The position numbers and the translations under genes are program-made. A model generated the notes under the pieces. It saw only the letters and a list, made by a program, of their open reading frames with translations, was not told where the DNA came from and ran no database searches. A stretch of 64,000 nucleotides of DNA from Eledone cirrhosa. Its lineage: Eukaryota. Of the stretch, positions 27,433-39,511 are shown one piece after another. The stretch lies in assembly GCA_964016885.1 (NCBI GenBank), contig OZ024740.1, positions 312,170,001 to 312,234,000 of the forward strand, written 5' to 3'. Positions within the stretch are counted from its first letter, which is position 1. Each line of letters begins with the position of its first letter.

Positions 27433-28038
27433 AAATTTTTCTCGATTCTTCTCTCCATTCGAACCCATTCATTCAATCACTTCTATGTCCTAATTTCACA
27501 CTATATCATATTTTCACCATTCTATATCATATCTTTTCTCTAAAAATCATATTTCCCCTATCACCGCATTTTCTCTACCGTATTTTCTTAAACAAAACAA
27601 ATCTTGTATTTTCGTTTATTGTTAAATTATGCCCAATTTTTTCTCGATTCTTCTCTCCATTCGAACCCATTCATTCAATCACTTCTATGTCCTAATTTCA
27701 CACTATATCATATTTTCACCATTCTATATCATATCTTTTCTCTAAAAATCATATTTCCCCTATCACCGCATTTTCTCTACCGTATTTTCTTAAACAAAAC
27801 AAATCTTGTATTTTCGTTTATTGTTAAATTATGCCCAATTTTTTCTCGATTCTTCTCTCCATTCGAACCCATTCATTCAATCACTTCTATGTCCTAATTT
27901 CACACTATATCATATTTTCACCATTCTATATCATATCTTTTCTCTAAAAATCATATTTCCCCTATCACCGCATTTTCTCTACCGTATTTTCTTAAACAAA
28001 ACAAATCTTGTATTTTCGTTTATTGTTAAATCATGCCC
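27433..28038 (+). repeat. Three near-identical 202-bp tandem monomers, plus a detached copy at ~26920-27183
   Basis: Identical ORF starts at 27604 and 27806 (202-bp offset); 26920-27183 matches 27815-28078. Confidence 0.92.
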
Positions 28039-28402
28039 AAAATACGGCGATCTTATCTTAAACCTTACATTCTCGCTAACAACCCATCATCCCTCCCTCC
28101 CGCCCCCACGCACCACCATTATTACGTGGACCAATCATAAGTCAGAGGCCCATACTATCGCTTAACTGGTTGCTTTTCGATATGATGGATGGACTACGGA
28201 ATTCTGGAGAGTTGAAGAGAGAAAAATGTGGACGCTCAGCGACAATGCCAAAGATAAAGCCAAATTCACCTCGTGGACGAGAATGCAAGCACTCCTCCTT
28301 GTTTCGGCCCAGGATGGCTAACATAACCCCATCCCCCCCCCCCCCCCCGCGCCCCACTGCTCCCACCCTCCAAACGCAATCCAAAACTTCAGAGTTGATA
28401 CC

Positions 28403-31400
28403 ATGAATGTAGGCACCTTAAAGGGTCGCTCTAACGAGGTTGTAGAAATGCTTGAACGTAAGGAGGTCGATGTTTGTTGTATTCAAGAGACCAGGTGGAG
28501 GGGAGGGTCGGCTAGATTCATCGTGGGTAAAGAGCGATGCTATAAGCTTTTCTGGGTGGGAAATGACAATGGGTTGGGTGGGGTAGGAATCATGGTAGCA
28601 GAAAAGTGGGCAGATAAGATAATAGACGTAAATAGAGTGAACGACAGAATAATTAAAATAAGACTTGTCCTCAATAAAACTACGGTGACAGTAATATCTG
28701 CGTACGCACCCCAATCCGGACTGCCCCGCGCTATAAAAGACAGATTCTACGAGACACTGATGCTCGCTACCTCCCAAATAACCGACAGTGACTATATAGT
28801 TATTGCAGGCGACCTAAATGGTCACGTTGGACAACATTGTGACGGCTATGACGGAATCCATGGAGGCTATGGGTTCGGTACTAGAAATGAGGAAGGCTCC
28901 AGAATCCTGGAATTCTGCGACGCAAATAACTTAACTATCTGTAACACTAACTTCAAAAAACGAGACAATCACTTGATCACCTATAGATCGGGGGAACACA
29001 CAAGCCAGGTAGATTATATCCTTACCAGAAGACGTGACAGAGTGTCTGTTGTTAACACTAAATCCCACCCCCATGAAGAATTCACCTCCCAACATAGACT
29101 GATAATTAGCGACCTCATAGTCAGGACGAGACGTACTAGACAGCGGAAGAGGACTATCCTCAGGAGAAAAATATGGAAGCTAAAGGACCCCATAGCCAGA
29201 AATAAATTTCAAAGCAAATTACTTGACGCTTTCGACAGTAAGGAAGAGCAATTAGAGTCGTATAATATAGAGGAACAGTGGGAATTCCTGAGAGCAAACC
29301 TGCTGACGGCGGCAGACGAAGTCTGTGGCTGGAGCAGGCCTGTAGGTAGGAGGAGAGTAACATGGTGGTGGAACAGTAAGGTGGAGGAGTCAATTAAGGC
29401 CAAAAAGCAGGCTTGGAAAGTATGGCGGGATGGGGGAAGTAGAGAAGACTATCAAGTGGCCAGGAGGGAAGCTAGGAGACAAGTGTACTTCGCAAGAAGG
29501 GAAGCAGAGGAAAGAAAGTTCAAGCATGTTCTACAACGTGAGGACCAAAAACGTGAGGTGTTCAGGATTGCCAGGCAATGTGTCAAGGAAAACCGTGATA
29601 TTGTCGGGGAGAAGTGTGTACTTAACGATGATGGCATACTTGCCATCACCGACGCTGATAAGAAGGTAGCTTGGAAGTGTCACTACGAAAGGCTTCTAAA
29701 TGAGGAGAACAAATGGGAGAAAGACAGTCTCCCCCAGATCGATCCAATAGAGGGACCAGCAGTGTTAGTTGAAGGTAGTATAATAAGTAAGGCAATCAAA
29801 GATATGAAGTCGGGTAAGGCGGCTGGGCCTTCGGAAATAGTTGCTGAGATGCTGAAGGCATCTGGTTCGGTGGGACACACCATGGTCACCCGGATAGTTA
29901 ACCAAGTCGTACAGAATGGGGTTGTTCCGAAGGAATGGCGTAGCAGCATCATCGTTAACTGCTATAAGGGAAAAGGAGATGCCCTAGATAGGAGTAACTA
30001 TAGAGGCATTAAATTAATCGACCAGGTCATGAAGGTCACGGAAAAAGTAATAGCGCAACTAATCAGAGAGAGAATTGATCTAGATGAAATGCAGTTCGGG
30101 TTAGTGTCAGGCAAAAGTACCACAGACGCTCTTTTCATTGTACGACAACTACAGGAGAAGTACCTAGCTAAAAGTAAACCCCTATACTTAGCTTTTGTCG
30201 ACTTGGAGAAAGCCTTCGACAGAGTCCCCCGTTCCATTATCTGGTGGTCTCTTAGAAAACTAGGTGTTGACGAATGGCTTGTGAGAGCTATACAAGCCAT
30301 GTATAAAGAAACAGTCAGTAAGGTTAGAATTAACAACGAATATAGTGAAGAGTTTAGCGTAAAAGTTGGTGTCCATCAGGGCTCTGTACTTAGCCCCCTA
30401 CTATTTATTATTGCCCTTCAGGCTATAACAGAGGAGTTCAAGACCGGCTGCCCATGGGAACTCCTATACGCAGATGATCTAACGCTCATAGCTGAATCAA
30501 TGACCGAACTAGAGAAGAAATTCCAAACGTGGAAGCACGGCCTAGAATCAAAAGGCCTTAAAATTAACCTGGCTAAGACTAAAGTTCTAGTTTGTAGGAA
30601 AGAAAATAAGGCGGCGGTCCCATCGGGGAAATGGCCATGCTCAGTGTGTAGGAAAGGCGTAGGTAGAAACTCCATTTTATGTCCCAAATGCAAAGTATGG
30701 GTGCATAAAAGATGTAGTGGGATCACAGGTAAGCTAACTAAGAACATAGATTTTACATGTGGCCGGTGCTCTGGTGCAATAAGTAGCAGCAAGTGCCCAC
30801 AAAATACTAGCTCCTTCAACTGCGCAGAGGGTTCTATAGAAATAGTGGACAGCTTCCGTTATCTGGGTGACAAAATCAGCAGTGGGGGAGGGTGCTCTGA
30901 AAGTACAGTAGCTAGAGTCAGAACTGGATGGAAAAAGTTCAGAGAGCTTATACCACTATTAGCCGCTAGAGGGTTCTCCCTAAAAATGAAAGGCAGGTTA
31001 TACGATGCCTGCATACGAACAGCAATGCTGCATGGCAGTGAGACCTGGGCATTGTGTGCAGAGGATATACGCAGACTAGAGAGGAACGAAGCTTGCATGC
31101 TCCGCTGGATGTGCAATAGTAATATACGCGAACGGCAAAGCATAAACGAACTAAGGAAAAAATTAGAAATAAGAGGGATCAGATGTTGTTTACTCGAGAG
31201 AAGGCTACGTTGGTACAGTCACGTGATGCGCATGAAAGACGACAGCTGTATAACAAAGTGCAGGGCAATAAAGATAGACGGTAGCCACGGAGTAGGCAGA
31301 CCCAGAAAAACATGGGACGAGCTGATAAATTCCGACCTCACACGCTTACACCTCTCCAAGACAATGTCACTGGACCGAGACCTTTGGCGGTACTCAGTAA

Positions 31401-31423
31401 TAGAGAAGACCCGCCTTACCTAA
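28403..31423 (+). CDS. RTE LINE ORF: APE endonuclease, reverse transcriptase and internal PHD-type zinc finger (1006 aa, uninterrupted)
   Basis: APE: NVGTL, CCIQETRW, SAYAPQ, GDLNGHVG, QVDYIL, SQHRL; RT: NYRGIKL, QFG, FVDLEKAFDRVP, GVHQGSVLSP, YADD, FRYLG; RTE C-terminal GRPRKTW. Confidence 0.95.
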   Translation: MNVGTLKGRSNEVVEMLERKEVDVCCIQETRWRGGSARFIVGKERCYKLFWVGNDNGLGGVGIMVAEKWADKIIDVNRVNDRIIKIRLVLNKTTVTVISAYAPQSGLPRAIKDRFYETLMLATSQITDSDYIVIAGDLNGHVGQHCDGYDGIHGGYGFGTRNEEGSRILEFCDANNLTICNTNFKKRDNHLITYRSGEHTSQVDYILTRRRDRVSVVNTKSHPHEEFTSQHRLIISDLIVRTRRTRQRKRTILRRKIWKLKDPIARNKFQSKLLDAFDSKEEQLESYNIEEQWEFLRANLLTAADEVCGWSRPVGRRRVTWWWNSKVEESIKAKKQAWKVWRDGGSREDYQVARREARRQVYFARREAEERKFKHVLQREDQKREVFRIARQCVKENRDIVGEKCVLNDDGILAITDADKKVAWKCHYERLLNEENKWEKDSLPQIDPIEGPAVLVEGSIISKAIKDMKSGKAAGPSEIVAEMLKASGSVGHTMVTRIVNQVVQNGVVPKEWRSSIIVNCYKGKGDALDRSNYRGIKLIDQVMKVTEKVIAQLIRERIDLDEMQFGLVSGKSTTDALFIVRQLQEKYLAKSKPLYLAFVDLEKAFDRVPRSIIWWSLRKLGVDEWLVRAIQAMYKETVSKVRINNEYSEEFSVKVGVHQGSVLSPLLFIIALQAITEEFKTGCPWELLYADDLTLIAESMTELEKKFQTWKHGLESKGLKINLAKTKVLVCRKENKAAVPSGKWPCSVCRKGVGRNSILCPKCKVWVHKRCSGITGKLTKNIDFTCGRCSGAISSSKCPQNTSSFNCAEGSIEIVDSFRYLGDKISSGGGCSESTVARVRTGWKKFRELIPLLAARGFSLKMKGRLYDACIRTAMLHGSETWALCAEDIRRLERNEACMLRWMCNSNIRERQSINELRKKLEIRGIRCCLLERRLRWYSHVMRMKDDSCITKCRAIKIDGSHGVGRPRKTWDELINSDLTRLHLSKTMSLDRDLWRYSVIEKTRLT

Positions 31424-33869
31424 ATACAAAGTAAAAACCTACTACAGTCAGTAGGCACCTCTATCAAAACACACCCCCGTCCCACCACCTCCACCCCACC
31501 CACACCGCCCCTTTCAATGTAAAGTTATGTTGGTCCCACAACATCCAGGCCGAAACAAATGAGATCGTGTAGGTGTCACGACAAAAAACACACAGTCCAC
31601 GCTGTAAATGTGGCCGTGTAGGCAACACGGTAAAAACCTCCCAGCCCCACACTGTAAATGTGGTTGGTGTTAGGAAGGGCATCCAGCTGTAGAAAACCCG
31701 CCAGACAGTCCACGCTGTAATGTGGCCGTGTAGGCAACACGGTAAAAACCTCCCAGCCCCACACTGTAAATGTGGTTGGTGTTAGGAAGGGCATCCAACT
31801 GTAGAAAACCCGCCAGACAGTCCTATGCGAGCAAGACAACCACTCTTGCCTCAAGTGGGAAAACCCCCGTCCAAACCCATGCAAGCGTGGAACACGGACG
31901 CTAAACCTGATGATGATGATGATGATGAACACATTGTAATCCTAGATTCACATCTGAGGAAAAACAGGATGGTCACAGCTGAAACACTTTTGATCACAGA
32001 TTGATTAAGAACTAAACACCAATAACAATAAGACCTTGATTAGGCAACCCAGATACACTGACTGTCATAAGGCTCTTATGCACACAGCTACAAAAGCTAA
32101 TAAAGAAGGTTGTGTGAAATCACTCAATATATGCAATGTAGAAACCAAATTTTCTTGAAATATCTTCTTGACAGTTCACAAAATAGGAGGCATATTGAAT
32201 AATAACTAAAAAATATAATGAAGTTACTTGGTCACAAGTCAATTCTGACCCATCAGAATTTGATCAAGACATTCTAGCCATTGTTGATGGAGATGATGCA
32301 CGTAATAACAGGGACTATTAACTTGAAAGAACACAATCAAATATTATTGAAATAAATGTAATTTATGATAAACTTTGAGCTAATATATATGAAATGTTTG
32401 AGAAAGTGGCTACAGATAGATCACAACACTATATTAACCATTTCATAATAAAAAAAAGGAAATAAAAAGAAATGGGTAGTAGAATCCTACCTCAACTCTC
32501 TGTCTATCCATGCATCCACACACACACACACACACACACACATGTGAGCCTTATGTACTTCAGAGCAAAATTAACCATGACACAAATGCAACTGTTTTGC
32601 TGAAATAATTCACAATGAGTGGTATTTCAAAATCCAATAAGTAGCTTAAAGGAGATTATATTGATTATTGTTGTTGTTGTTATTATTATTATCATCATTA
32701 TCCTTTTTGTATTTAAGTAACTTTAGGTGAATAGACAAAACCATTTATCTAGTGCCCTATATCTTTATACATGAAATGTTATTTGTTATGAAATCATGAA
32801 TATATTTCTATTCTCAAGGTTTTATCAAAGCTATGTAAACCAACAATCAGTATTGAAATAACTGAACAGAATAGCATTTATGCCAACATTCAGACCAAAT
32901 TCAGAAATATGAAAGAAAAGTTGAAGCTATAAAAGTTTTATACTGGGCTAATGCTGCCATATCTGGATTGGAATACCCACCACAAACAATAGACACACAC
33001 AGACACAAACACAATAAACCTCACCCAAATAAACAAAGCCATTTCACTAACAGATAAATCTTCAATGACTAACATTCTGCAGTCAATGGCCATTACTATT
33101 ACATAACTGAGCTAACAAAAGAGCCTCTATAAAGTTGCTTGATCTGCTAGGTAGAGCTGCCAAATCTCCCTTAGAAAAAATCATTTTGCGCAATATGATC
33201 CTAGAAACACTGCCTATGATGGTCATGGCTGAAATGCATTTGAACAGAAGTTTGCATGATGTCATCATGCAAACTTCTGTTCAAATGACCTAGGACTAAA
33301 CAACAATTACACAATGGCCTCTATTCCCTCTAAATTTACCCATATTATACAACTACCTGTAAATCCACTTCCTCTTCCAACTTTCCACCACTCCTATTAT
33401 ATAGACTCTATACTAAACATTTTACTCTAAAACTTTTCACCGCACAAGATTCAGAATCTCTCTTCCATCACTATATTTTCCATCTAACTGTTAACCTATA
33501 ACAATTCACATTGAAAATAAATTATTCTAGCTTCAACCATCTTTCTCAATCATATTGAATCAATGAAGGAACCTCTATATGGTAGAATCTATAAGGAATA
33601 ACAACCAAATCTTCCTCAAATTATGCCCTGCCATCTAAAAAAAAATACATTGGATAGAGTAGTCCAGAGTAGACAATACCAGAAAAAAAATGAAATTATC
33701 ATGGCTGGAATTCATTTGGCTATAGTCCTACAGGATTAGGTTTGACTTGGGGCTAAAAAACAACAAACTCAATCACTTAATCTAGGAAATCCCTTTAAAA
33801 TGCTTTAGATTAATATATGTGAAATAAGAAACCTATAAAACCATAAAAAGTATAATTTCCCTCCAACTA

Positions 33870-35000
33870 GTGGTGTTTGTGTGTATGTAAATTCCACTTT
33901 CCCCACTATTCATCTATATCTCTTTCTATCACTCCTCCAGCTACCAACCACCACCATCGTTTTAGCTACATCTCTTCCTGCAGCAAGGACATATATCTCA
34001 ATTCACCTCTATCTGTCCTTGGTGACTTCAATGTTCACAACTCTTCTTCATTCTTGCACTCATTCCACACAGATGTTGTTGGAACAGAAACTGAATCTTT
34101 CATAATTCTCAACTAGTTTCATCCTTTACATGCATCATTGACAAACACACATTAACGCCTCTGATATCTTTCTCACTTTCAAATTCAACCGCTATCAAAC
34201 CATCATTGTCTTATTGTGAATATCAACCACATAACCAGTATTCCTGCAAAGAAAGCTTCCCCATTTGCTGCCTTCTTTACTGCCAACTCTACACTGCACA
34301 CACTAGGTAAATCTCCTTCAAAACTATCCCTTTCCACTCCACTAAGCACATTAACATGAATACACTAAGTGTAAAAGCACCTTTGGTTGCTTCAAGGCCT
34401 CTATTCTTCACAATATACCTTGCATTATCTTCAAACAATGTACCCCCAAACTAGCCTCTATTACTCTCTCTCTTCTTTCCCACCAGCAAGATTTTCTATA
34501 GTGATGGTGTGTAGATTGCCACATGTGACCAAGCTACCTTACACCAAATCTTCATTGGTGCCATCAACAGAGATCTCAAGACTGGCATGACCTCAATGGG
34601 TCACCATCACTGATGATCTCTCTTGACGAATACATATCATGACAAAGTCTGGATCTCACACATTGGCCTTTCTCTTGAGAAAATAACTTCAGTTATCATC
34701 AACTACTAACCTTCTACGAAGATCAGATGAGGCACACTATGAAGTACTGCTCCTTCATCTTAAGCAGTACAGCTGCTACACACGCACATGTATATTATAC
34801 AGCATCCAGAGCAAGGTCACTCAGCTAATTGATATGAAGTTATTTATATCTTGCCCATAGATATTCCATTTCCTTTCTTTGCTTTTTCTACCACTACTAC
34901 TGTGGCCTCTCCTCTTTGAATCTGTCTGATCTGTGTCACCTGAACTCAGGCACTCCTGACCTCCTTTTATCAGCCACAGTGCCCATCCACCCCATCCTAT
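33870..35000 (+). mobile_element. Heavily decayed LINE (APE remnant; CR1/Jockey-like)
   Basis: LSVLGDFNVHN APE motif in ORF 33877-34116; the rest is degenerate. Confidence 0.5.
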
Positions 35001-35451
35001 AGGCCCTGTATGTCTCAGTTATTAACTTCTGAATGTTTAAGATCAACATTATCTGATTATCTGTATCAATCTCACTGGTCTTGAAGAGCTTTCTAATGCC
35101 ATAGACATTGACCCTTTATCCAGATGAAACCAATAAAAAAAAAGTGTAAAAAAAAATCAATAATACAATAACTTCCAATACATGTTTAGTGTAAAGAAAA
35201 TGTCTCACCATTGTCAAATTATCACTAATTTGTAAATTATCTTACCCATGTGTAAGTTAAGCAATATATTTCTATATAGCTACAAGTTATTATACTCTCA
35301 ACAGAACAGTGAGGTTAAATAGAAAATAAAGATAGTTAATCTGGAAGCATGCTTTTCGATAATTCTGCCATGTTGCCGAGAACTTGGGCTATTTATTTTT
35401 TATGTCTAAGTCTGGTGGAGAGACAACACCCATGACCCTTTCAAGTCTTCC

Positions 35452-35844
35452 AAGAAGAAGAAAAAGAAGAAGAAAAAAAGAAAAAGAAGAAAAAGAAGGA
35501 AAAGAAAAAGAAAAAGAAAGAAAATGAGGAAGAAAAAGAAGAAAAAGAAAAAAAGAAAAAGAAGAAAAAGGAGAAAGAAAAAGAAGAGGAAGAAAAAGAA
35601 AAAAAGAAAAGAAAAAAAGAAAAAGAAGAAAAAGAAAAAGAAGAAAAAGAAAAAGAAAAAGAAGAAAAAGAAAAAGAAAGAAAAAGAAGAGGAAGAAAAA
35701 GAAAAAGAAAAAAAAGAAAAAGAAAAAAAAGAAAAAAGAAAAAAAAAGAAAAAAGAAAAAAAAAGAAAAAAGAAAAAGAAAGAAGAAGAAGAAGAAGAAG
35801 AAGAAGAAGAAGAAGAAGAAGAAGAAGAAGAAGAAGAAGAAGAG
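35452..35844. repeat. ~390-bp polypurine tract (AAAAAG-like grading into (GAA)n)
   Basis: Almost exclusively A/G on the plus strand. Confidence 0.95.
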
Positions 35845-36392
35845 TAGTAGCCTTCAGTACATTGAATTTTCATTAAAATAAAGGCAGAAAATTGTAGCAA
35901 CATCTCAAAAGGAAAACTGAGATAACTAAATCTGATTTTTATCATCTCCTAAAGGAAGACCAAGAAAGACTGGCAAATAAGGTGTTAACCTATCAGTTGA
36001 AGAATTGTTAAATCATATCCACCATCTGGGAAAGACTCTTATACTCCTGATTCCCCAGTCTATGAAGAATACAGCTCTCTATTGCATTCCTCTACACTGT
36101 CACTCAAACTGCTAGAAATAACAACCTAACCAAAGGATAAAAGGACCATAGCTAGAACCACTTAGATCCTGTATCTGCTCAATCAGGACTGACATAGAGC
36201 TAAACAATATTGATACTGTTATATTGACAGATATTTTGTTTACTAACATAATTAAACTTAATGATATAGCTTCTTTCTCATAAGCAGCACACAAAGAGTA
36301 ACAAGCTCTAATATGATCACTAACCTTAAATACACTATATGTCCGAACAAAGTTGTTATGAGACTTCTATTCCGTTTCATGACATGCAACCA

Positions 36393-36925
36393 AATTGAAC
36401 GAAGACTGCATTACACTGTCTTATTTAATCAGTAACGTAATCCATGATACATTAAAAAAGACGATATTATATATAAACTGCATTAGGAGAAAATTAGTGA
36501 CAGAAAATTAGTATGTTTATTTAAGCGATAGCCAACCGGAAGTGTTGACATTTCAGAAATGTTAAAGAAGTGAATCTTTAAATAAACAAAATATATTTAA
36601 TCAACAGCCACGAAATTTAGTAGATAAATTATGTAATATTCATTCATGGTGGATTGGCAGTATCGGTTGAGGGTCGGACGCCATGCTTTGATGCATGGTT
36701 ACGTCCCTTGCCATTCTGAGTTCAAATCCTGCCGAGGTTAACTTTGCCTTTCATCCTTACGGGTTCGATAAAATAAAGTACCAGTAATGCACTGGGTAAT
36801 TGCTGGCCTTGTGCCAAAAGTAGAAACAATTATTTATTCAAAGTAATTCAACTTATTTTACAAATGGGATAAAGAATTATAAACCGTACACAGTCCCGCG
36901 CTCCTTACTTTATTTTAGTTTAGAT
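36393..36925 (+). mobile_element. Second copy of the HINE-like repeat, containing a full Nin-domain SINE (36648-36835)
   Basis: Matches 17455-17760 and 18200-18409; the SINE matches 21001-21188. Confidence 0.6.
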
Positions 36926-37886
36926 TAAATCTAAATTATCCAAATACACACACATTTCTTTCTTGAAACCACATTAGCAAGATATTCTTAGCACATTAGC
37001 AAGATATTTTTGAAAAGTACACAACAGTATTATGACTGCATCACATTAAAAATTGAAGTCTTACTCTAAAACTGCAATTTTTCACAAATATCTATCCACT
37101 AAAAAGATAGTATAAACATTTAAATTAACAAACTTGTTTCCAGATATTCATGATATCTGCTAAATCATTACAGGGTGTTAAGAGTTAATAAACCCAATAA
37201 ATTCTAATGAGGAAAACTCATGAGATAGGAATGGTTGGTAGTAACCCATAGAGCTAACATACAGAATATGATCTACATTTGTAATCTTTTCATTCAGTCT
37301 ATTAAATGATATAAGGTGGTGGGTTGGTAGAGTTGTTAGAGAATGTATTAGAATGTCTTGCAGTATTAATTTTGGCTCGCTATCCTTTGTATTCAAATCC
37401 TGCCAAGATCAACATTGCCTCTTATTCCTTCAGGAGTCAGTAAATACAGTACTAGCCAAGTACTAGGTTTAATTCTCTCTCTGAAATAAATCAACTGTGG
37501 TCAGACCTGGAGAGAGATGGAATCCACCAGATCCATCAGAGCACAAGGCAAGACATATTAAAGGGTATATTTCATTGATACAAAAATAGTGGCAAAAGTA
37601 TTTGACTGCTACTTTACCAACCTCAGAAGCATGAAAAGCAAAGTTAACCATGGCAGGATATAAAGAGCTAAAATTTGTCCAGTGCTCTAATGATTCAGCC
37701 AATCCACCAATAATGATAGTTTTGATGTGATTATTGTTGTTATTAAGCCCTAAGTCAACTCTGATTGAGTAGACCTATACTCAAAAATGTTCCAGCCATA
37801 ACCATCACATCTTTTAATCAGGCATAGTGCATCCAAGACAATATCATCAAATGGGCCCTTCCCTTTTTAAGATAGTAGGATGTGAT

Positions 37887-38895
37887 TTAACCCTTTAGCA
37901 TTTAAACCGGCTGTATCGGGTCAGAATTCTCTCACCTCTTTCTGTTCAAACTAGCTGTAACTGGCCACTCATACTGATGTTAAGGTATTGTTCTAAAAAT
38001 AAATAACATCAAAATCTCATAGATTCGATATTATGTGAAATAAAAAAAAAAAATTAGAAATAAGAGGGATCAGATGTTGTTTACTCGAGAGAAGGCTACG
38101 TTGGTACGGTCACGTGATGCGCATGAAAGACGACAGCTGTATAACAAAGTGCAGGGCAATAAAGATAGACGGTAGCCACGGAGTAGGCAGACCCAGAAAA
38201 ACATGGGACGAGCTGATAAATTCCGACCTCACACGCTTACACCTCTCCAAGACAATGTCACTGGACCGAGACCTTTGGCGGTACTCAGTAATAGAGAAGA
38301 CCCGCCTTACCTAAATACAAAGTAAAAACCTACTACAGTCAGTAGGCATCTCTATCAAAACACACCCCCGTCCCACCACCTCCACCCCACCCACACCGGC
38401 CCTTTCAATGTAAAGTTATGTTGGTCCCACAACATCCAGGCCGAAACAAATGAGATCGTGTAGGTGTCACGACAAAAAACACACAGTCCACGCTGTAAAT
38501 GTGGCCGTGTAGGCAACACGGTAAAAACCTCCCAGCCCCACACTGTAAATGTGGTTGGTGTTAGGAAGGGCATCCAGCTGTAGAAAACCCGCCAGACAGT
38601 CCACGCTGTAATGTGGCCGTGTAGGCAACACGGTAAAAACCTCCCAGCCCCACACTGTAAATGTGGTTGGTGTTAGGAAGGGCATCCAACTGTAGAAAAC
38701 CCGCCAGACAGTCCTATGCGAGCAAGACAACCACTCTTGCCTCAAGTGGGAAAACCCCCGTCCAAACCCATGCAAGCGTGGAACACGGACGCTAAACCTG
38801 ATGATGATGATGATGATGATGAATTATGTAAAATAAAGCCTTTACGGTGAAAATACAATAGTAAATATAGAATAATGTAAATGCTAAAGAGTTAA
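37887..38895. mobile_element. piggyBac-type MITE interrupted by an RTE insertion
   Basis: TTAA-ccctttagcattt ... aaatgctaaagag-TTAA. Confidence 0.7.
38045..38822 (+). mobile_element. Young 5'-truncated RTE family A copy with 15-bp TSD
   Basis: Nearly identical to 31157-31927; flanked by attatgtgaaataaa (38030-38044) and attatgtaaaataaa (38823-38837). Confidence 0.93.
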
Positions 38896-39367
38896 AGGGG
38901 ATTTAGCTGCTATTTATAGAAGGCTCAATTACTGTGTAGAGGTTTTAATCAGTGGCAGCGGCACGGTCGCCATTATAATTTTCTCTTCTTATACAGGACT
39001 AAATAGATTTGTAAAATTTCAACTTTCATGAAGTCTATCTTAAGTTCTAATTTGTTTGGTCTATAGCTCATTAAATTAGGCTAAAACCAAATAGTTACAT
39101 ACTCTTAATGATCTTCCCTTAGTTTTAGTCTGGCTGCTATATTTTCTCAATACCTGCCATAATCAAATTTTCATTACATTCTTAGCTAAATCTCACATGT
39201 TCAGAATTCTATAGAATTTAAATTTAAAAAAAAGAATCATTTAATCAATTCAAAGGTTACAATGTTGCTACTGGAACATTCTTTTATCACAGCATTGTGT
39301 TCATCTAATTAAAAACCTTTTTATATTTAACAGAGGACAAACAGTGGTGTATAAACAGTGCATTTTT

Positions 39368-39413
<46 letters not shown>

Positions 39414-39511
39414 CGCGCGTGCGTGCTTGTGTGCATGCGTGTGTGTAGTAGGAGTGAGTTCTTGAAATTGTAGGACTTGTAGGAATTTAAAAAAAATATA
39501 TTTCTACATAC

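Larger units (their letters stand above)
26913..31927 (+). mobile_element. Full-length RTE-clade LINE (family A) with 5' tandem array, single ORF, repetitive 3' UTR and (TGA)n tail
   Basis: The flanks (aaatagcaaccaaatcacacc..aaaa | acacattgtaatcctagat..ggatggtcacagctg) rejoin a common local repeat, which sets the insertion limits; no clear TSD. Confidence 0.85.

Noticed and set aside
26926-28165. Repeated 97-119-aa ORFs as an RTE ORF1
   Set aside because: They start at TTG codons within the 202-bp tandem array and show no recognisable domain.
28418-31143. Antisense ORFs overlapping the RTE ORF, recurring in several copies
   Set aside because: Expected shadow frames of a conserved coding strand; no independent motifs.
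35406-35945. Poly-Lys/Glu and poly-Phe/Ser ORFs
   Set aside because: Translations of a simple purine tract.
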